From Bacteroidetes bacterium MED-G20 (GTDB taxonomy: Bacteria > Bacteroidota > Bacteroidia > Flavobacteriales_D > Parvicellaceae): a stretch of DNA of 64,000 nucleotides. Positions within the stretch are counted from its first letter, which is position 1. Each line of letters begins with the position of its first letter. Both the position numbers and the translations under genes were made by a program. Under the pieces are notes generated by a model, which ran no database searches, was not told the origin of the DNA, and worked only from the letters and a program-made list of their open reading frames with translations. The DNA lies in assembly GCA_905182745.1 (NCBI GenBank), contig CAJJCR010000005.1:48764-112763 (forward strand). The letters are read 5' to 3'. This document shows positions 8,464 to 19,376 of this stretch, piece by piece.

Positions 8464-10920
8464 ATGAAACTTAAAACATTATTTTTTTTCTTATTTATCC
8501 CATTTGTTTTCTATTCTCAAATATCAGGAATTGTTAAAGATAATTTTGACAAACCTATTGAGTATGCAACAGTCTCTCTATTCAATGCTTTAGATAGCAC
8601 AATAGTTTCGGGGAAAATAACTGACAAAAACGGAGAGTTTGAAATAGATAAACCTTCGATTGGTAATTATTACCTTAAGTGCTCTTTTGTGGGGTTCCAA
8701 TCTGTATTAATTTCAAATATTATTATAACTAAAAAGACTTCTAAAATAGAACTTTCACCAATTTCACTTTCTATTGGGTCAAAATTAAATGAAGTAACCA
8801 TAGTTGGAGAAAAATCAGTTTTTTCTAATAAAATGGAAAGTCAGTCTTTTAATGCCGATCAATTTCAAAATAGCATTGGAGGAACCGCTTTGGATGTAAT
8901 TAGAAATTTACCGTCTGTTAATATTAATATTGAGGGAGATATATCCTTAAGAGGAAGTAATGGAATTATAATTTTAATTGATGGAAAGTTGATACAAGGA
9001 GATCCAAACAATTTAATTGCTCAAATTCCGGCAAATGCTATTGATAAAATTGAACTAATTACTTCTCCATCTGCTAAATATGACTCTGAGGGTAAATCAG
9101 GCATGATTAATATAATCACTAAAAAAGGAAAAACTAATGGCACTTATTTTCAAGTAAATACAAAAGGAGGATTTCCATCTGTTGAAAACTATGGAAATGA
9201 TGTTTATCATCAAAGATATGGAGCAGATTTCACCTTGAATAAGAAAACCGATAAATTGAATTTGTCTATGTCAGTAAGCTATTTAAGAAATGACTTAGGT
9301 GGAAGAAGAATAGGAGAGGTGTATACAGTTAAAAACGATACTACTAGATATTTAAATTCTGTTGGAGAAAGAAGTTTTGATAAGAAAAACATTAATGGAA
9401 GATTGGATTTTCAATACGAACTAGATTCTTCCAACCAATTACATTTTGGTTTATTCGCAGGAAAAAGAAAAAAAGATAGATTAGCAGACATTACCTACAA
9501 CAATTATTCTCTTGAAAATTCAAATAGTTTAGAGTTAAACCCCTTTCAATATTTCAACCATAATTTAAGAACTAGAACTGGAGATTTTGCTTTAGGAAGT
9601 TTTGATTACAACCATGTTTTCAAAAATAAAACAGTTGTCAAAACTTCTTTTTTAATGGAATATACTTTATTAGGTGGGCCAACAACCAACCAAAATATTT
9701 CTTTATCTAATCCATCGGAAATTTACCAAGATGAATACAATACCAACGACAATCCACTTTTAGGTACTAGAATAAATGTCGACTATTCAAACATAGAAAC
9801 CAATTTAGGAAATTTAGAATTTGGCTATCAATTTAGAAATCTTACTCATAAAGGAGATTTTATTTATGAAAGAAAAAATCCCACAAGCGAAATTTTTGAA
9901 TTGGTTTCTGATTTTTCAAGTGAAGTTAATTTAAAAAGAACCATTCACTCTACATATGGTATGCTAGTTGGAAATAAGAGCAAGTGGAATTATAATTTCG
10001 GAATTCGAGTAGAACAAATGGATAGACAATTAGAACTAAAAGATAAATCTGGATTAATAGACACAAGTTATAGTTACAATTTTTTAAAACCATTTCCGAC
10101 AGCAATTATTTCCTACGATGTAAATTCTAAAAGTAAAATTAAGTTTACCTATAGCAAAAGAGTACAAAGAACCACCACCTTTAAGATGAATCCTTTCCCT
10201 GAAAGAGAACATTCGGAGACCTTAGAACAAGGCGATCCAAGTTTGCTTCCAGAGTTTGTAGACAATATTGAAATCGGATACGATAATAGCTTTAGTGACA
10301 AGTTTGCTTTCTTTTCTAACTTGTTTTTTAGGAAAACAAACAATCTTATAAATAGGGTGAATACTGTTTACAACGATTCTATTCTTAACAGAATATATTC
10401 AAATGTTGGTAATTCTACTCTTTATGGATTAGAGTTAGGACTACAATTGAAACCCATAAAAAAATGGAGCAATTATTTTGGAGGAAATATATTTTATCAA
10501 GATATAACTGGTGAGTTTGATAATCGTACTGTAAATAATAATGCAATGGTATATTCATTTAATTGTAATTCTACTTTCAAATTTAACTCGTCGAGTTCTA
10601 TTCAGTTTGGTTTAAACTACCTATCGCAGATAATTACTGCGCAAGGGGAAGATTCTAGATTTTATTTACCTAGTTTAACTTTTAAAAAATCTTTCCTAGA
10701 TAATTCTTTGGTGATGAGTCTTCAGTGGTTAAATATGGATATGGGCTTAATTAATTCTAATGAACAAAGAATAACTACATCAAGAGAAAACAGCTTTTTT
10801 ACCACTACTAACTATGTTTACGAAGTAGATGTGTTTTTATTAAATCTTTCCTATAATTTTAATAAATCAAAATCTAATACCAACTTTATAAAAAGCGAGT
10901 TTGGAGACAGAGAATTTTAA
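8464..10920 (+). CDS. TonB-dependent receptor / outer-membrane beta-barrel family protein
   Basis: N-terminal carboxypeptidase-regulatory-like domain, plug motif IDKIELITSPSAKYDSEG and a beta-barrel; 818 aa. Confidence 0.9.
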   Translation: MKLKTLFFFLFIPFVFYSQISGIVKDNFDKPIEYATVSLFNALDSTIVSGKITDKNGEFEIDKPSIGNYYLKCSFVGFQSVLISNIIITKKTSKIELSPISLSIGSKLNEVTIVGEKSVFSNKMESQSFNADQFQNSIGGTALDVIRNLPSVNINIEGDISLRGSNGIIILIDGKLIQGDPNNLIAQIPANAIDKIELITSPSAKYDSEGKSGMINIITKKGKTNGTYFQVNTKGGFPSVENYGNDVYHQRYGADFTLNKKTDKLNLSMSVSYLRNDLGGRRIGEVYTVKNDTTRYLNSVGERSFDKKNINGRLDFQYELDSSNQLHFGLFAGKRKKDRLADITYNNYSLENSNSLELNPFQYFNHNLRTRTGDFALGSFDYNHVFKNKTVVKTSFLMEYTLLGGPTTNQNISLSNPSEIYQDEYNTNDNPLLGTRINVDYSNIETNLGNLEFGYQFRNLTHKGDFIYERKNPTSEIFELVSDFSSEVNLKRTIHSTYGMLVGNKSKWNYNFGIRVEQMDRQLELKDKSGLIDTSYSYNFLKPFPTAIISYDVNSKSKIKFTYSKRVQRTTTFKMNPFPEREHSETLEQGDPSLLPEFVDNIEIGYDNSFSDKFAFFSNLFFRKTNNLINRVNTVYNDSILNRIYSNVGNSTLYGLELGLQLKPIKKWSNYFGGNIFYQDITGEFDNRTVNNNAMVYSFNCNSTFKFNSSSSIQFGLNYLSQIITAQGEDSRFYLPSLTFKKSFLDNSLVMSLQWLNMDMGLINSNEQRITTSRENSFFTTTNYVYEVDVFLLNLSYNFNKSKSNTNFIKSEFGDREF

Positions 10921-11960
10921 AAGCTGCCGTTATTGACATCGTAAATAAATTTTATAAGACCTTCAAAAAAAGTTTTTTGATCGTCATACATACATAGGTG
11001 GGAACCATTTTCACAATATAAAAACTTACCGTTTTGAACTTCAGATGCGATCCATTTCATATGCTCGGGATCCATAGTATCGTACTTTCCCCCAATGGAT
11101 AATGTTGGTACACTAATATTTTTTAGTTTTTCTTTTACATCCCAATATTTAAGTTTGGCATCGCCCACTACACCAAATTCACTTGGTCCTTGCATGGTAA
11201 TATATAGGCCTTGACTCATATTTGCAAAAGCTCTATTAACAGGGTCTGGCCAATCTTCTATTGGCATTCTTAAAACATGTTCTGGATAATAATTAGTAAC
11301 TATTAAATCGTTATATCTAGGGTTTGAGTAATCTTCTTTTGCTTCCAATGCTCTTATTTCTGCTAAAACTGCTGAATCTAGTTGAGGGCCAAGAACATTG
11401 TTGGCATAATCCACATACTCTGGAATGGACGCCATCATATTAGAAATAATGAGGCCTTTTAAATTTTCTTGATATTTTAAAGCATATTCCATACAAAGAA
11501 TTCCTCCCCATGAAGAACCGTACAAATAAAAGTTGTCTTTATTAAGTCCTAAGGCTACTCTTACTTGTTCTACTTCATCTACATACCTTTCTACAGTCCA
11601 CAATGAGCTATCGTTGGGCTGATCACTGTAATAAGATTCTAGTTGGTCGTAGTAGTAATATTCTATTTCTGCATTGGGAAAATAAGAATCAAATGCTTCT
11701 AAATATTCGTGAGTTGCACCTGGCCCGCCATGAAGCAATAAAACTTTCATTGTAGAATTGTTTCCTATTCTTTTGGTCCAAACGTTAAATTCTCCTGATT
11801 GAGTTTGAATTGGAATCATTTTTACTCCCCCGCTAAGGACATCATCTTTAGAAGAATAATCTAAATAAGCTGATTTTATTTTTTTTTGTTCCTCTTTTTG
11901 AGGGTTTTCACAGCTATTAAATAAAATAAAGGCGAGAAATATTAAAATTATTTTTTTCAT
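10917..11960 (-). CDS. pip: Proline iminopeptidase (S33), lipoprotein
   Basis: LLHGGPG, GSSWGG nucleophile elbow, GKYDTM and GSH motifs; lipobox FNSC. Confidence 0.9.
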   Translation of the reverse strand: MKKIILIFLAFILFNSCENPQKEEQKKIKSAYLDYSSKDDVLSGGVKMIPIQTQSGEFNVWTKRIGNNSTMKVLLLHGGPGATHEYLEAFDSYFPNAEIEYYYYDQLESYYSDQPNDSSLWTVERYVDEVEQVRVALGLNKDNFYLYGSSWGGILCMEYALKYQENLKGLIISNMMASIPEYVDYANNVLGPQLDSAVLAEIRALEAKEDYSNPRYNDLIVTNYYPEHVLRMPIEDWPDPVNRAFANMSQGLYITMQGPSEFGVVGDAKLKYWDVKEKLKNISVPTLSIGGKYDTMDPEHMKWIASEVQNGKFLYCENGSHLCMYDDQKTFFEGLIKFIYDVNNGSF

Positions 11961-11971
11961 AAAAATTTAAA

Positions 11972-12490
11972 TTAAAAATGAATAAAAGTATTGTTTTCAG
12001 GATCGTTTAAAGAAATAAATAGTTCTGATGTATCTGCACATAAATCGTATAAATTGGATATGTCAAAACAAAGTTCCTGAACCAATGCTGCTTCACAATT
12101 ATCATTATTGCTATTGTGTGTTAAGTAGAGAGGGACATGAACTGGAGGAGTCCCGCAAAATAAAAATTCATGTACTAAATTGAAAATATGGTCTTCACAT
12201 CCACCACCATAACTAATATTAATTTTTAAAAAGTCACCGTAAATAAATGCTGTATCAATAGTGTAGGAGTCCAATAAATAATCATTAATATTTACATTTT
12301 GGATTAAAGTCAAACAAGAAGAGTCGTAAATACAGTGACCAATATCTGATCCTGGAATTGAAGTAGCGTCAGGATCATAGTTTACTGCTGAAGGATCGGT
12401 ACAACCAATTTCTTTTTCTTTATTACAAGCTATTATAAAAAATATAATAGTTATTGAAAGTAAAATTTTTGGAATAAATGATTTTCTCAT
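11972..12490 (-). CDS. Lipoprotein with GCTDP..NY module and NigD-like C-terminal domain
   Basis: Lipobox IIAC, GCTDPSAVNYDPDAT...CIY and SYGGGCEDHIF...LTHNSNNDNCEA. Confidence 0.7.
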   Translation of the reverse strand: MRKSFIPKILLSITIIFFIIACNKEKEIGCTDPSAVNYDPDATSIPGSDIGHCIYDSSCLTLIQNVNINDYLLDSYTIDTAFIYGDFLKINISYGGGCEDHIFNLVHEFLFCGTPPVHVPLYLTHNSNNDNCEAALVQELCFDISNLYDLCADTSELFISLNDPENNTFIHF

Positions 12491-12590
12491 GGACGAGTTT
12501 TTAAAATACTAACGTATTAATTTTAAAAAAGTAGTGTTTCCATTAATCTTGTTAATAATTTAATAATAATAATACAAATTTTGTGTTAAA

Positions 12591-13757
12591 ATGTTAGAGA
12601 TTTGGAAAAAGCATTTGAAAGTAGTGAAGAAATTCGTCCTTTATATTTTGTTATCTGCATCCTATCTTTTAGGGAATTGTCAAGAGGGAAATTCGAGTTC
12701 AAATTTTATTTTTAAGTACATTAATAAAATAATAAACGACACCAATGATTTAAGTGCTCCAAAATTCATGAACTATCCCACACTCGCTTTTTCACCCGAA
12801 ACAAGCTGGGAAATAGGATTGTCGAGCTTGTATATTTATTCAGCAAACAGAGATTTAAAAAATAGACTTAGTGAAATAAAAGCTTTTACTTTTTATACAA
12901 TGGAAAATCAATATGGCATTTGGTTAGACCATGCTCTATATTCCGATGAAAACAAGTGGTTTTTTTTTGGGAGAACTAGGTTTCAATCTTTTCCTTTACT
13001 ATATTATGGAATAGGGTCAGAATCACCCAAAGATCATATAGCTAGAATAGATGGGAATTTCACTTATTTTAAGGAAAGGTTTCTTAGAGAAGTATTTCCA
13101 AATTTTTATACTGGAATTGAATTTGATCTTCAAATCATGAATAAAGTTTCTTATAAAAATTCAGCAAGCAATTTTTCAAAACCAGTTGGGGGAAATGGTT
13201 CTACTAATATTGGTTTGGGTTGGGGAATTATTTATAACAATATTCATAATGTGTTGAATCCGAGAAATGGAATTTTTAGCGAATTGGCATTTTTGAATTA
13301 TAGTAGCGAAATAGGGAGTGATTATAATCTTACTACCTTTCTTTCAGATAATAGATTTTATGTTCCAATAAGAAAAAATAATGTACTTGCATTTCAACTG
13401 CAAGGACAATTCACTAATGGCAACCCTCCTTTTAATTTGCTTTCTTTAATGGGGGGAGAGAGTTTAATGAGAGGATATTATCTAGGAAGATATAGAGACA
13501 AACACTTATTGGCAGGTCAGGTTGAATACAGAATGCTTCCGTTTTCTTTTGCTAAGCGTTGGGGAGCAAGTTTGTTTTTTGCTGCCGGAGAAGTTTTTAA
13601 CTCTTATAATAGTTTCCAATTCAAAAACTTATTACCTACTGGTGGAGCAGGTCTTCGTTTCTTGCTATTTCCAGAAAAGGATATTTACACAAGGATAGAC
13701 TATGCTTTAACTAGAGAGGGAAGTGGATTCTATTTTTTTATTGGAGAAGCATTCTAA
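12591..13757 (+). CDS. Omp85/BamA-TamA family barrel-only outer-membrane protein
   Basis: LMRGYYLGRYRD (VRGF-like loop 6 motif) and C-terminal FYFFIGEAF. Confidence 0.85.
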   Translation: MLEIWKKHLKVVKKFVLYILLSASYLLGNCQEGNSSSNFIFKYINKIINDTNDLSAPKFMNYPTLAFSPETSWEIGLSSLYIYSANRDLKNRLSEIKAFTFYTMENQYGIWLDHALYSDENKWFFFGRTRFQSFPLLYYGIGSESPKDHIARIDGNFTYFKERFLREVFPNFYTGIEFDLQIMNKVSYKNSASNFSKPVGGNGSTNIGLGWGIIYNNIHNVLNPRNGIFSELAFLNYSSEIGSDYNLTTFLSDNRFYVPIRKNNVLAFQLQGQFTNGNPPFNLLSLMGGESLMRGYYLGRYRDKHLLAGQVEYRMLPFSFAKRWGASLFFAAGEVFNSYNSFQFKNLLPTGGAGLRFLLFPEKDIYTRIDYALTREGSGFYFFIGEAF

Positions 13758-13766
13758 AAAAAAGAC

Positions 13767-13795
13767 AAAAAAAAGACCCTATGTCTAGAGTCTTT
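13767..13795 (-). terminator. Intrinsic terminator of rpsF-rpsR-rplI
   Basis: Minus strand AAAGACTCTA-GACA-TAGGGTCTTT followed by a T run. Confidence 0.8.
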
Positions 13796-13817
13796 AAATT
13801 AGTTATTTAAAAAAGAA

Positions 13818-14265
13818 TTATCCCTCAACAATTTCAAAAGAAATTTTTCCTTTAACATCTTTATGAAGAATTATGTCTGCTTCAAATTTGCCAACAGATT
13901 TTAAGTTTCCAGTTGGAAGAGTAATATTTTTTCTCTCTAATTTAAATCCTGCTTTCTCTAAAGAATCAGCTAATTGAATATTGGTGATAGATCCAAATAT
14001 TTTTCCATTCTCACCAACTTTTGCAGGGACTTGAAAAGTTTTCTTAGACATCTTCTCATAAATTTTGGTAGCCTCTTCTTTGAGTTGATTGTCTTTATGT
14101 GCTCTTTGTTTGAGAGTCTCCGCTTGCATTTTCTTTAACAGAGTCAGTAGCTAAAATTGCCAATCCTTTTGGGATTAAAAAATTTCTACCGTAACCGTTT
14201 TTTACTTCAACAAGTTCGTCTTTGCTACCTAATCTCTCTATATCTTTCTTTAATAAAACTTCCAT
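13818..14265 (-). CDS. rplI: 50S ribosomal protein bL9 (frameshift near 14130)
   Basis: [13 protein letters not shown]...[12 protein letters not shown] joins the ORF containing GKIFGSITN; located after rpsR. Confidence 0.95.
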
Positions 14266-14270
14266 GATGA

Positions 14271-14537
14271 TTATTTTAATTGGTCAGCTAAATAAGGCAA
14301 TATTGCAAGATGTCTTGCTCTTTTTACAGCTTGAGAAACTCTTTTCTGGTATTTTGCAGAAGTTCCAGTAATTCTTCTTGGTAATAATTTTCCTTGCTCG
14401 TTAATGAACTTCATTAAAAAGTCAGGGTCCTTGTAATCAATAAACTTAATTCCAGATTTCTTAAATCTACAATATTTTTCTTTTTTTATCTCAATGTCAA
14501 TTTGATTAAGATATCTAATTTCTGAATTGTCAGCCAT
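14271..14537 (-). CDS. rpsR: 30S ribosomal protein bS18
   Basis: IDYKD...[18 protein letters not shown]...[11 protein letters not shown]. Confidence 0.98.
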   Translation of the reverse strand: MADNSEIRYLNQIDIEIKKEKYCRFKKSGIKFIDYKDPDFLMKFINEQGKLLPRRITGTSAKYQKRVSQAVKRARHLAILPYLADQLK

Positions 14538-14563
14538 AGCTAGTGTTTTAAAAAATTAATAAT

Positions 14564-14902
14564 TTAAGCAGTTTTAGAGAGCTTAACTCTTCTTTTTTCT
14601 GCGTATTGGTAATGATCTTTGTTCATTTTTGTTGTTAAAAATCGCATCACTCTCTCGTCTCTTTTGAGTTCAACTTCTAATTTTTGAACAACATCTCCTT
14701 CACCTTGAAATTCGATTAGGAAATAAAATCCAGTAGATTTTTTCTGAATAGGGTAGGCTAACTTTTTTAGTCCCCAAGATTCATTGTTATTGATTTTAGC
14801 ACCGCTATCTTTCAACAACTTTTTGAATTTATCTACTGCTTCCTTTGTCTGCTTTTCAGACAAAACGGGAGTTAAAATGAAAACAGTTTCGTAATGATTC
14901 AT
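14564..14902 (-). CDS. rpsF: 30S ribosomal protein bS6
   Basis: YETVFILTP...[12 protein letters not shown]...RDERVMRFL; promoter TATCTTTG upstream. Confidence 0.98.
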   Translation of the reverse strand: MNHYETVFILTPVLSEKQTKEAVDKFKKLLKDSGAKINNNESWGLKKLAYPIQKKSTGFYFLIEFQGEGDVVQKLEVELKRDERVMRFLTTKMNKDHYQYAEKRRVKLSKTA

Positions 14903-15050
14903 GTTAGTTATTTAAAATTTGGATCGCAAAGATACAAGATTCCCCGAAAAATAAAATTATTTAACCAATAAAACCAAGTATAAATTTATTTAGAAATATT
15001 TTGTCTTTAAATCCCTATTACTTTGAAGCTTATTTTATATTTGTTAAACG

Positions 15051-16780
15051 ATGTCCAATTCTAACTATACAGTATCGGCTTTAAAATATAGACCAAACAG
15101 TTGGGAGACTATTATTGGTCAAGAAAATATCGCAACCACTCTTAAGCAAGCAATAGATTCTAACCAGTTGGCACAAGCCTATTTGTTTTGTGGTCCAAGA
15201 GGAGTTGGTAAAACATCAACTGCTAGATTATTTGCAAAGTCCATTAATTTAAAGCATGACCCTAACCTAACAGACTTTACTTATAATATTTACGAATTAG
15301 ATGCTGCTTCAAATAACCAAGTTGATGACATAAGAAATCTTAACGATCAGGTCAGAATTCCACCACAAATAGGAAATTACAAAGTTTACGTGATAGATGA
15401 GGTGCACATGTTGTCCCAAAGTGCATTCAACGCATTTTTAAAAACTTTAGAGGAACCACCTCCACACGCTATTTTTATATTAGCAACAACAGAAAAACAT
15501 AAAATTATTCCTACCATACTTTCCAGATGTCAGGTCTATGATTTTCATAGAATATCCATTCCGGATATGGTAGCACACTTAGAAAATATTGCTAGTAAAG
15601 AAGGTGTAAAATCAGAACCTGAAGCTTTGCACGTAATTGCTGAAAAAGCCGATGGCGCTCTTAGAGATGCTCTTTCATGTTTTGATTTAATGGTGAATTT
15701 TACCAACAGTAATATTACTTACAAAGAAGTAGTTAAAAACCTAAATATCCTCGACCACGATTACTACTTTAAATTTGCAGATTTTATTCAAAAAAACTTA
15801 ATTCACGATAGTTTATTACTCTTTAGTGAAATAATTTCTAAAGGATTTCGATGGGCGTTTATTTATTAATGGATTGGCTTCTCATTTCAGAAATTTAATG
15901 ATAGCAAAGGATGAAAGAACCTTGAAAATTTTAGAATATACCAAAGACACGATTGAAAAGTTTAAAACTCAAGCAGAACTTTTTGATAATGAATATTTAA
16001 CCGATTTATTATCTCTTACAAATGAAGCAGATTCTTTCTATAAAACCAGTCAAAACCAGCGACTTCTTGTAGAGATCTTAATAATGAAGCTCTGTTCATC
16101 AAGAGTAGAAAAAAAAAAGCTTAATTTCTTAGATTCACCTATAATTTCTCCAGATTTTAAAGACTTAAATCTAATTCCTTAATTCAAAAGATGTTGAAAA
16201 TCAACCTTCGAAAGAAATTGTAGAACCTAAAGAAAAGCAGTCTCCTCCAAAGACTTATGAACCTGAGAAGTCTGAAATTATCAGACCCAAAACTTCTTTA
16301 AGTATAAAAAAGAGATCTGTTGCAGCTTCTATCACTGGCATAAGACAACAAATTAATCAAGAATCAATTGCTAAAAATGAAGATGGAGGGGTGGAAGTTT
16401 TAGAATCCTCAAATTTTTCTCAAAAGCTATTAGAAGAAAAATGGATCGAATTTGCAGAAATTAAAAATAAAGAAGGAAAAATCGGTTTGTACACAACTCT
16501 CACCAAACAAATTCCTAAACTTTTAGACGATTTTTTGATAAAATTTATTTTGGATAGCGAGGTTCAAAAGATGGAATTTCAGACCCAAAACCAGCTACTT
16601 TTAGATTTTTTAAGAGCGGAACTTAAAAATGGTCATATTCAATTGGCTTTAGAGCTTACAAAATCTGACAATCCAAAGCTTACTCAGTTAACAAGTAAGG
16701 AGAGATTTTTCCAAATGGCAGAAAAAAATCCAGACCTTCATATTTTCAAAGAAAAATTTAATTTAGACCTAGAATTTTAA
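15051..16780 (+). CDS. dnaX: DNA polymerase III subunit gamma/tau (indels near 15849 and 16178; slippery A10 at 16109-16118)
   Basis: ALKYRP, Walker A GPRGVGKT, DEVHML, KTLEEPP and SRC motifs; C-terminal tau domain ending AEKNPDL...FNLDLEF. Confidence 0.95.
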
Positions 16781-16821
16781 TCAATTTTCAAGTTAATGCT
16801 AAATCATTTTATATTTGCCCA

Positions 16822-17403
16822 ATGATTTTACCAATACTATCTTATGGATCTCCAATTCTAAGAAAAGAATGTGATGAATTTGAAGAAGGCGAATCTCTTA
16901 AAGAATTAGTCTCGGATATGTTTGAAACCATGTATGCCGCAAGTGGAGTAGGTCTTGCTGGTCCTCAAATAGGCATTTCAAAAAGAATTTTTACTGTGGA
17001 TGCATCTCCGTTTGCAGAACCGGAAGAAGGTGAAGAACTGGATGAAAAATTAAAAGAATTAAAAGACTTTAAAAAAGTATTTGTAAATCCTATTATTGAA
17101 AATGAAACAGGATCACCTTGGCCATTTTCTGAAGGTTGTTTGAGTATCCCTGGAATAAGAGAAGATGTAGAAAGAAAAGCAGTTATCAAAATCAGTTACT
17201 ATGATGAAAATTGGAATTTTTTTGAAGAGTCTTATCAAGGAATAGCTGCTAGAATTATTCAGCATGAATACGACCACATTGAAGGAATTCTTTTCACCGA
17301 TCACTTAAATCCTTTAAAAAAGAGATTGATGAAACGAAAATTAGAAGAAATATCTAAAGGTAAAGTAGAGGTTAATTACAAAATGAAATTTTTTAAAAAA
17401 TGA
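16822..17403 (+). CDS. def: Peptide deformylase
   Basis: GVGLAGPQIG, EGCLSIPG and QHEYDH motifs. Confidence 0.98.
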   Translation: MILPILSYGSPILRKECDEFEEGESLKELVSDMFETMYAASGVGLAGPQIGISKRIFTVDASPFAEPEEGEELDEKLKELKDFKKVFVNPIIENETGSPWPFSEGCLSIPGIREDVERKAVIKISYYDENWNFFEESYQGIAARIIQHEYDHIEGILFTDHLNPLKKRLMKRKLEEISKGKVEVNYKMKFFKK

Positions 17404-17933
17404 AGAAATTAATATACATTTCAATAATATTTTTTTGTTTTTCCTGTGCTAATAATAAAGAGACTATTCCTAGCTATTACCAAGATCTAGAGGACCTTAG
17501 AGAGATTAACGATCAACTAATAAAATCTAATCCAAAAGATCTTAGTACTATTTATCAATTAGGGATTAATATAAAAAATCAATCCTTAAATCTTTATGTT
17601 AGATACCACAAAAATTTCAATGATGAAGAAAATGAGTTTTTATTGCAATGCGCTGCTACAGGTTCTGAAGCAGCTCAAAAATATAAAGATGCTGTAGATT
17701 ATTTTTTAAAAGCCCAAAGAAAGTTTCCAGAAAGTGATAATGCTCCAATTTACTTACATAATAGAGCTAGAATACTAGACAATATATTAATGGACAAAAA
17801 TAATGCAAGATTGGCCTTTGAAGAATTGATAGAGCTTTATCCTAACCATCCATTGAGTGAAAACTCAAAAGTTTACCTAGACAATGTTTTTGGAAAGTCT
17901 AAGGAAGAGTTGCTAAATATACTAAAACAGTAA
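17400..17933 (+). CDS. TPR-containing lipoprotein
   Basis: Lipobox CFSC; helical TPR-like segments KFPESDNAP and FEELIELYPNHPL. Confidence 0.7.
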   Translation: MKKLIYISIIFFCFSCANNKETIPSYYQDLEDLREINDQLIKSNPKDLSTIYQLGINIKNQSLNLYVRYHKNFNDEENEFLLQCAATGSEAAQKYKDAVDYFLKAQRKFPESDNAPIYLHNRARILDNILMDKNNARLAFEELIELYPNHPLSENSKVYLDNVFGKSKEELLNILKQ

Positions 17934-17934
17934 A

Positions 17935-19323
17935 TTACATATGGATAACCTCTCCATATGCAGCAGCAGCAGCTTCCATAATTGCTTCGCTCATAGTTGG
18001 ATGAGGATGAACAGTCTTAATTAGTTCATGTCCAGTAGTTTCTAATTTTCTTAAGGCAACAATTTCGGCAATCATTTCTGTAACATTAGCTCCAATCATA
18101 TGAGCCCCGAGTAATTCGCCGTATTTAGCATCAAAAATTAGTTTGACAAATCCATCATTGTGACCAGCAGCACTAGCTTTTCCTGATGCAGAGAACGGAA
18201 ATTTTCCAATTTTTAATTCATAGCCTGCTTCCTTTGCAACTTTTTCTGTCATTCCAACAGATGCAATTTCTGGACTGCAGTATGTACAACCTGGAATATT
18301 GTTATAATCAATAGCTTCTGGATGGTGACCAGCAATTTTTTCAACACATGTAATACCTTCAGCCGAAGCAACATGAGCAAGAGATTGTCCTTTTACAACA
18401 TCTCCAATTGCATAGTAACCAGGGATATTGGTTTCATAAAAGTCATTCACTACTATTTTACCATTATCCACAACAACTCCTGTTTCCTCCAAACCTATAT
18501 TTTCAATATTGGGTTGAATACCAACTGCAGATAATACAATGTCACATTCTATAACCTCTTCGCCTTTGGCAGTTTTCACATTTACCTTACAACCTTTGGC
18601 AGATTTTTCAACCTTTTCAACCGATGAATTGGTCATAATACTAATGCCTTTTTTCTTAAAAGTTTTTTCTAATTGTTTAGAAACATCTATATCTTCTACA
18701 GGAACAATATTTGGTAAATATTCTACAATAGTTACATCAACTCCCATTGCGTTATAGAAATATGCAAATTCAACTCCAATTGCTCCAGAGCCAACTATCA
18801 CCATTTTTTTAGGCATTTTTGGAAGCACCATTGCATCTCTATATCCAATTATTTGTTTCTTGTCCTGTTCTAAGTTTGGAAGTTGTCTGGATCTAGCACC
18901 AGTTGCTATAACAATATGTTTTGCGCTGTAACTTGTTTTTTTTCCTTCGTTATTGGTTACCTCTATCTGTTTCCCGGGTTGAATTTTCCCAGTTCCCATA
19001 ATAACATCGATCTTATTTTTTTTCATTAGGAACTTAACTCCTCCACTCATTTTCTCGGCAACATCTCTGCTTCTTTTAACAACAGCATTAAAATCTGCTT
19101 TGTGGCTAGAAACTTTTATTCCATAATCGTCAGCATGGTTAATATATTCATAAACATTGGCACTTTTAAGCAATGCTTTGGTAGGAATACATCCCCAATT
19201 TAAACATACACCTCCTAAAGATTCTTTTTCTACTACTGCAGTCTTTAAACCAAGTTGAGAAGCTCTTATGGCAGTTACATATCCACCAGGTCCACTTCCT
19301 AAAACAATTACGTCATAATTCAT
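17935..19323 (-). CDS. lpdA: Dihydrolipoamide dehydrogenase
   Basis: GSGPGG, GGVCLNWGCIP redox disulfide and HPTMSE motifs. Confidence 0.98.
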   Translation of the reverse strand: MNYDVIVLGSGPGGYVTAIRASQLGLKTAVVEKESLGGVCLNWGCIPTKALLKSANVYEYINHADDYGIKVSSHKADFNAVVKRSRDVAEKMSGGVKFLMKKNKIDVIMGTGKIQPGKQIEVTNNEGKKTSYSAKHIVIATGARSRQLPNLEQDKKQIIGYRDAMVLPKMPKKMVIVGSGAIGVEFAYFYNAMGVDVTIVEYLPNIVPVEDIDVSKQLEKTFKKKGISIMTNSSVEKVEKSAKGCKVNVKTAKGEEVIECDIVLSAVGIQPNIENIGLEETGVVVDNGKIVVNDFYETNIPGYYAIGDVVKGQSLAHVASAEGITCVEKIAGHHPEAIDYNNIPGCTYCSPEIASVGMTEKVAKEAGYELKIGKFPFSASGKASAAGHNDGFVKLIFDAKYGELLGAHMIGANVTEMIAEIVALRKLETTGHELIKTVHPHPTMSEAIMEAAAAAYGEVIHM

Positions 19324-19376
19324 AGCTCAAAATTTAATTATTTATGCGAATTTATAAATTCTCTTCTTCAAATAGC

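Noticed and set aside
14903..14935. S6:S18-binding leader RNA upstream of rpsF
   Set aside because: The leader is very short and shows no convincing hairpin with the CCC motif.
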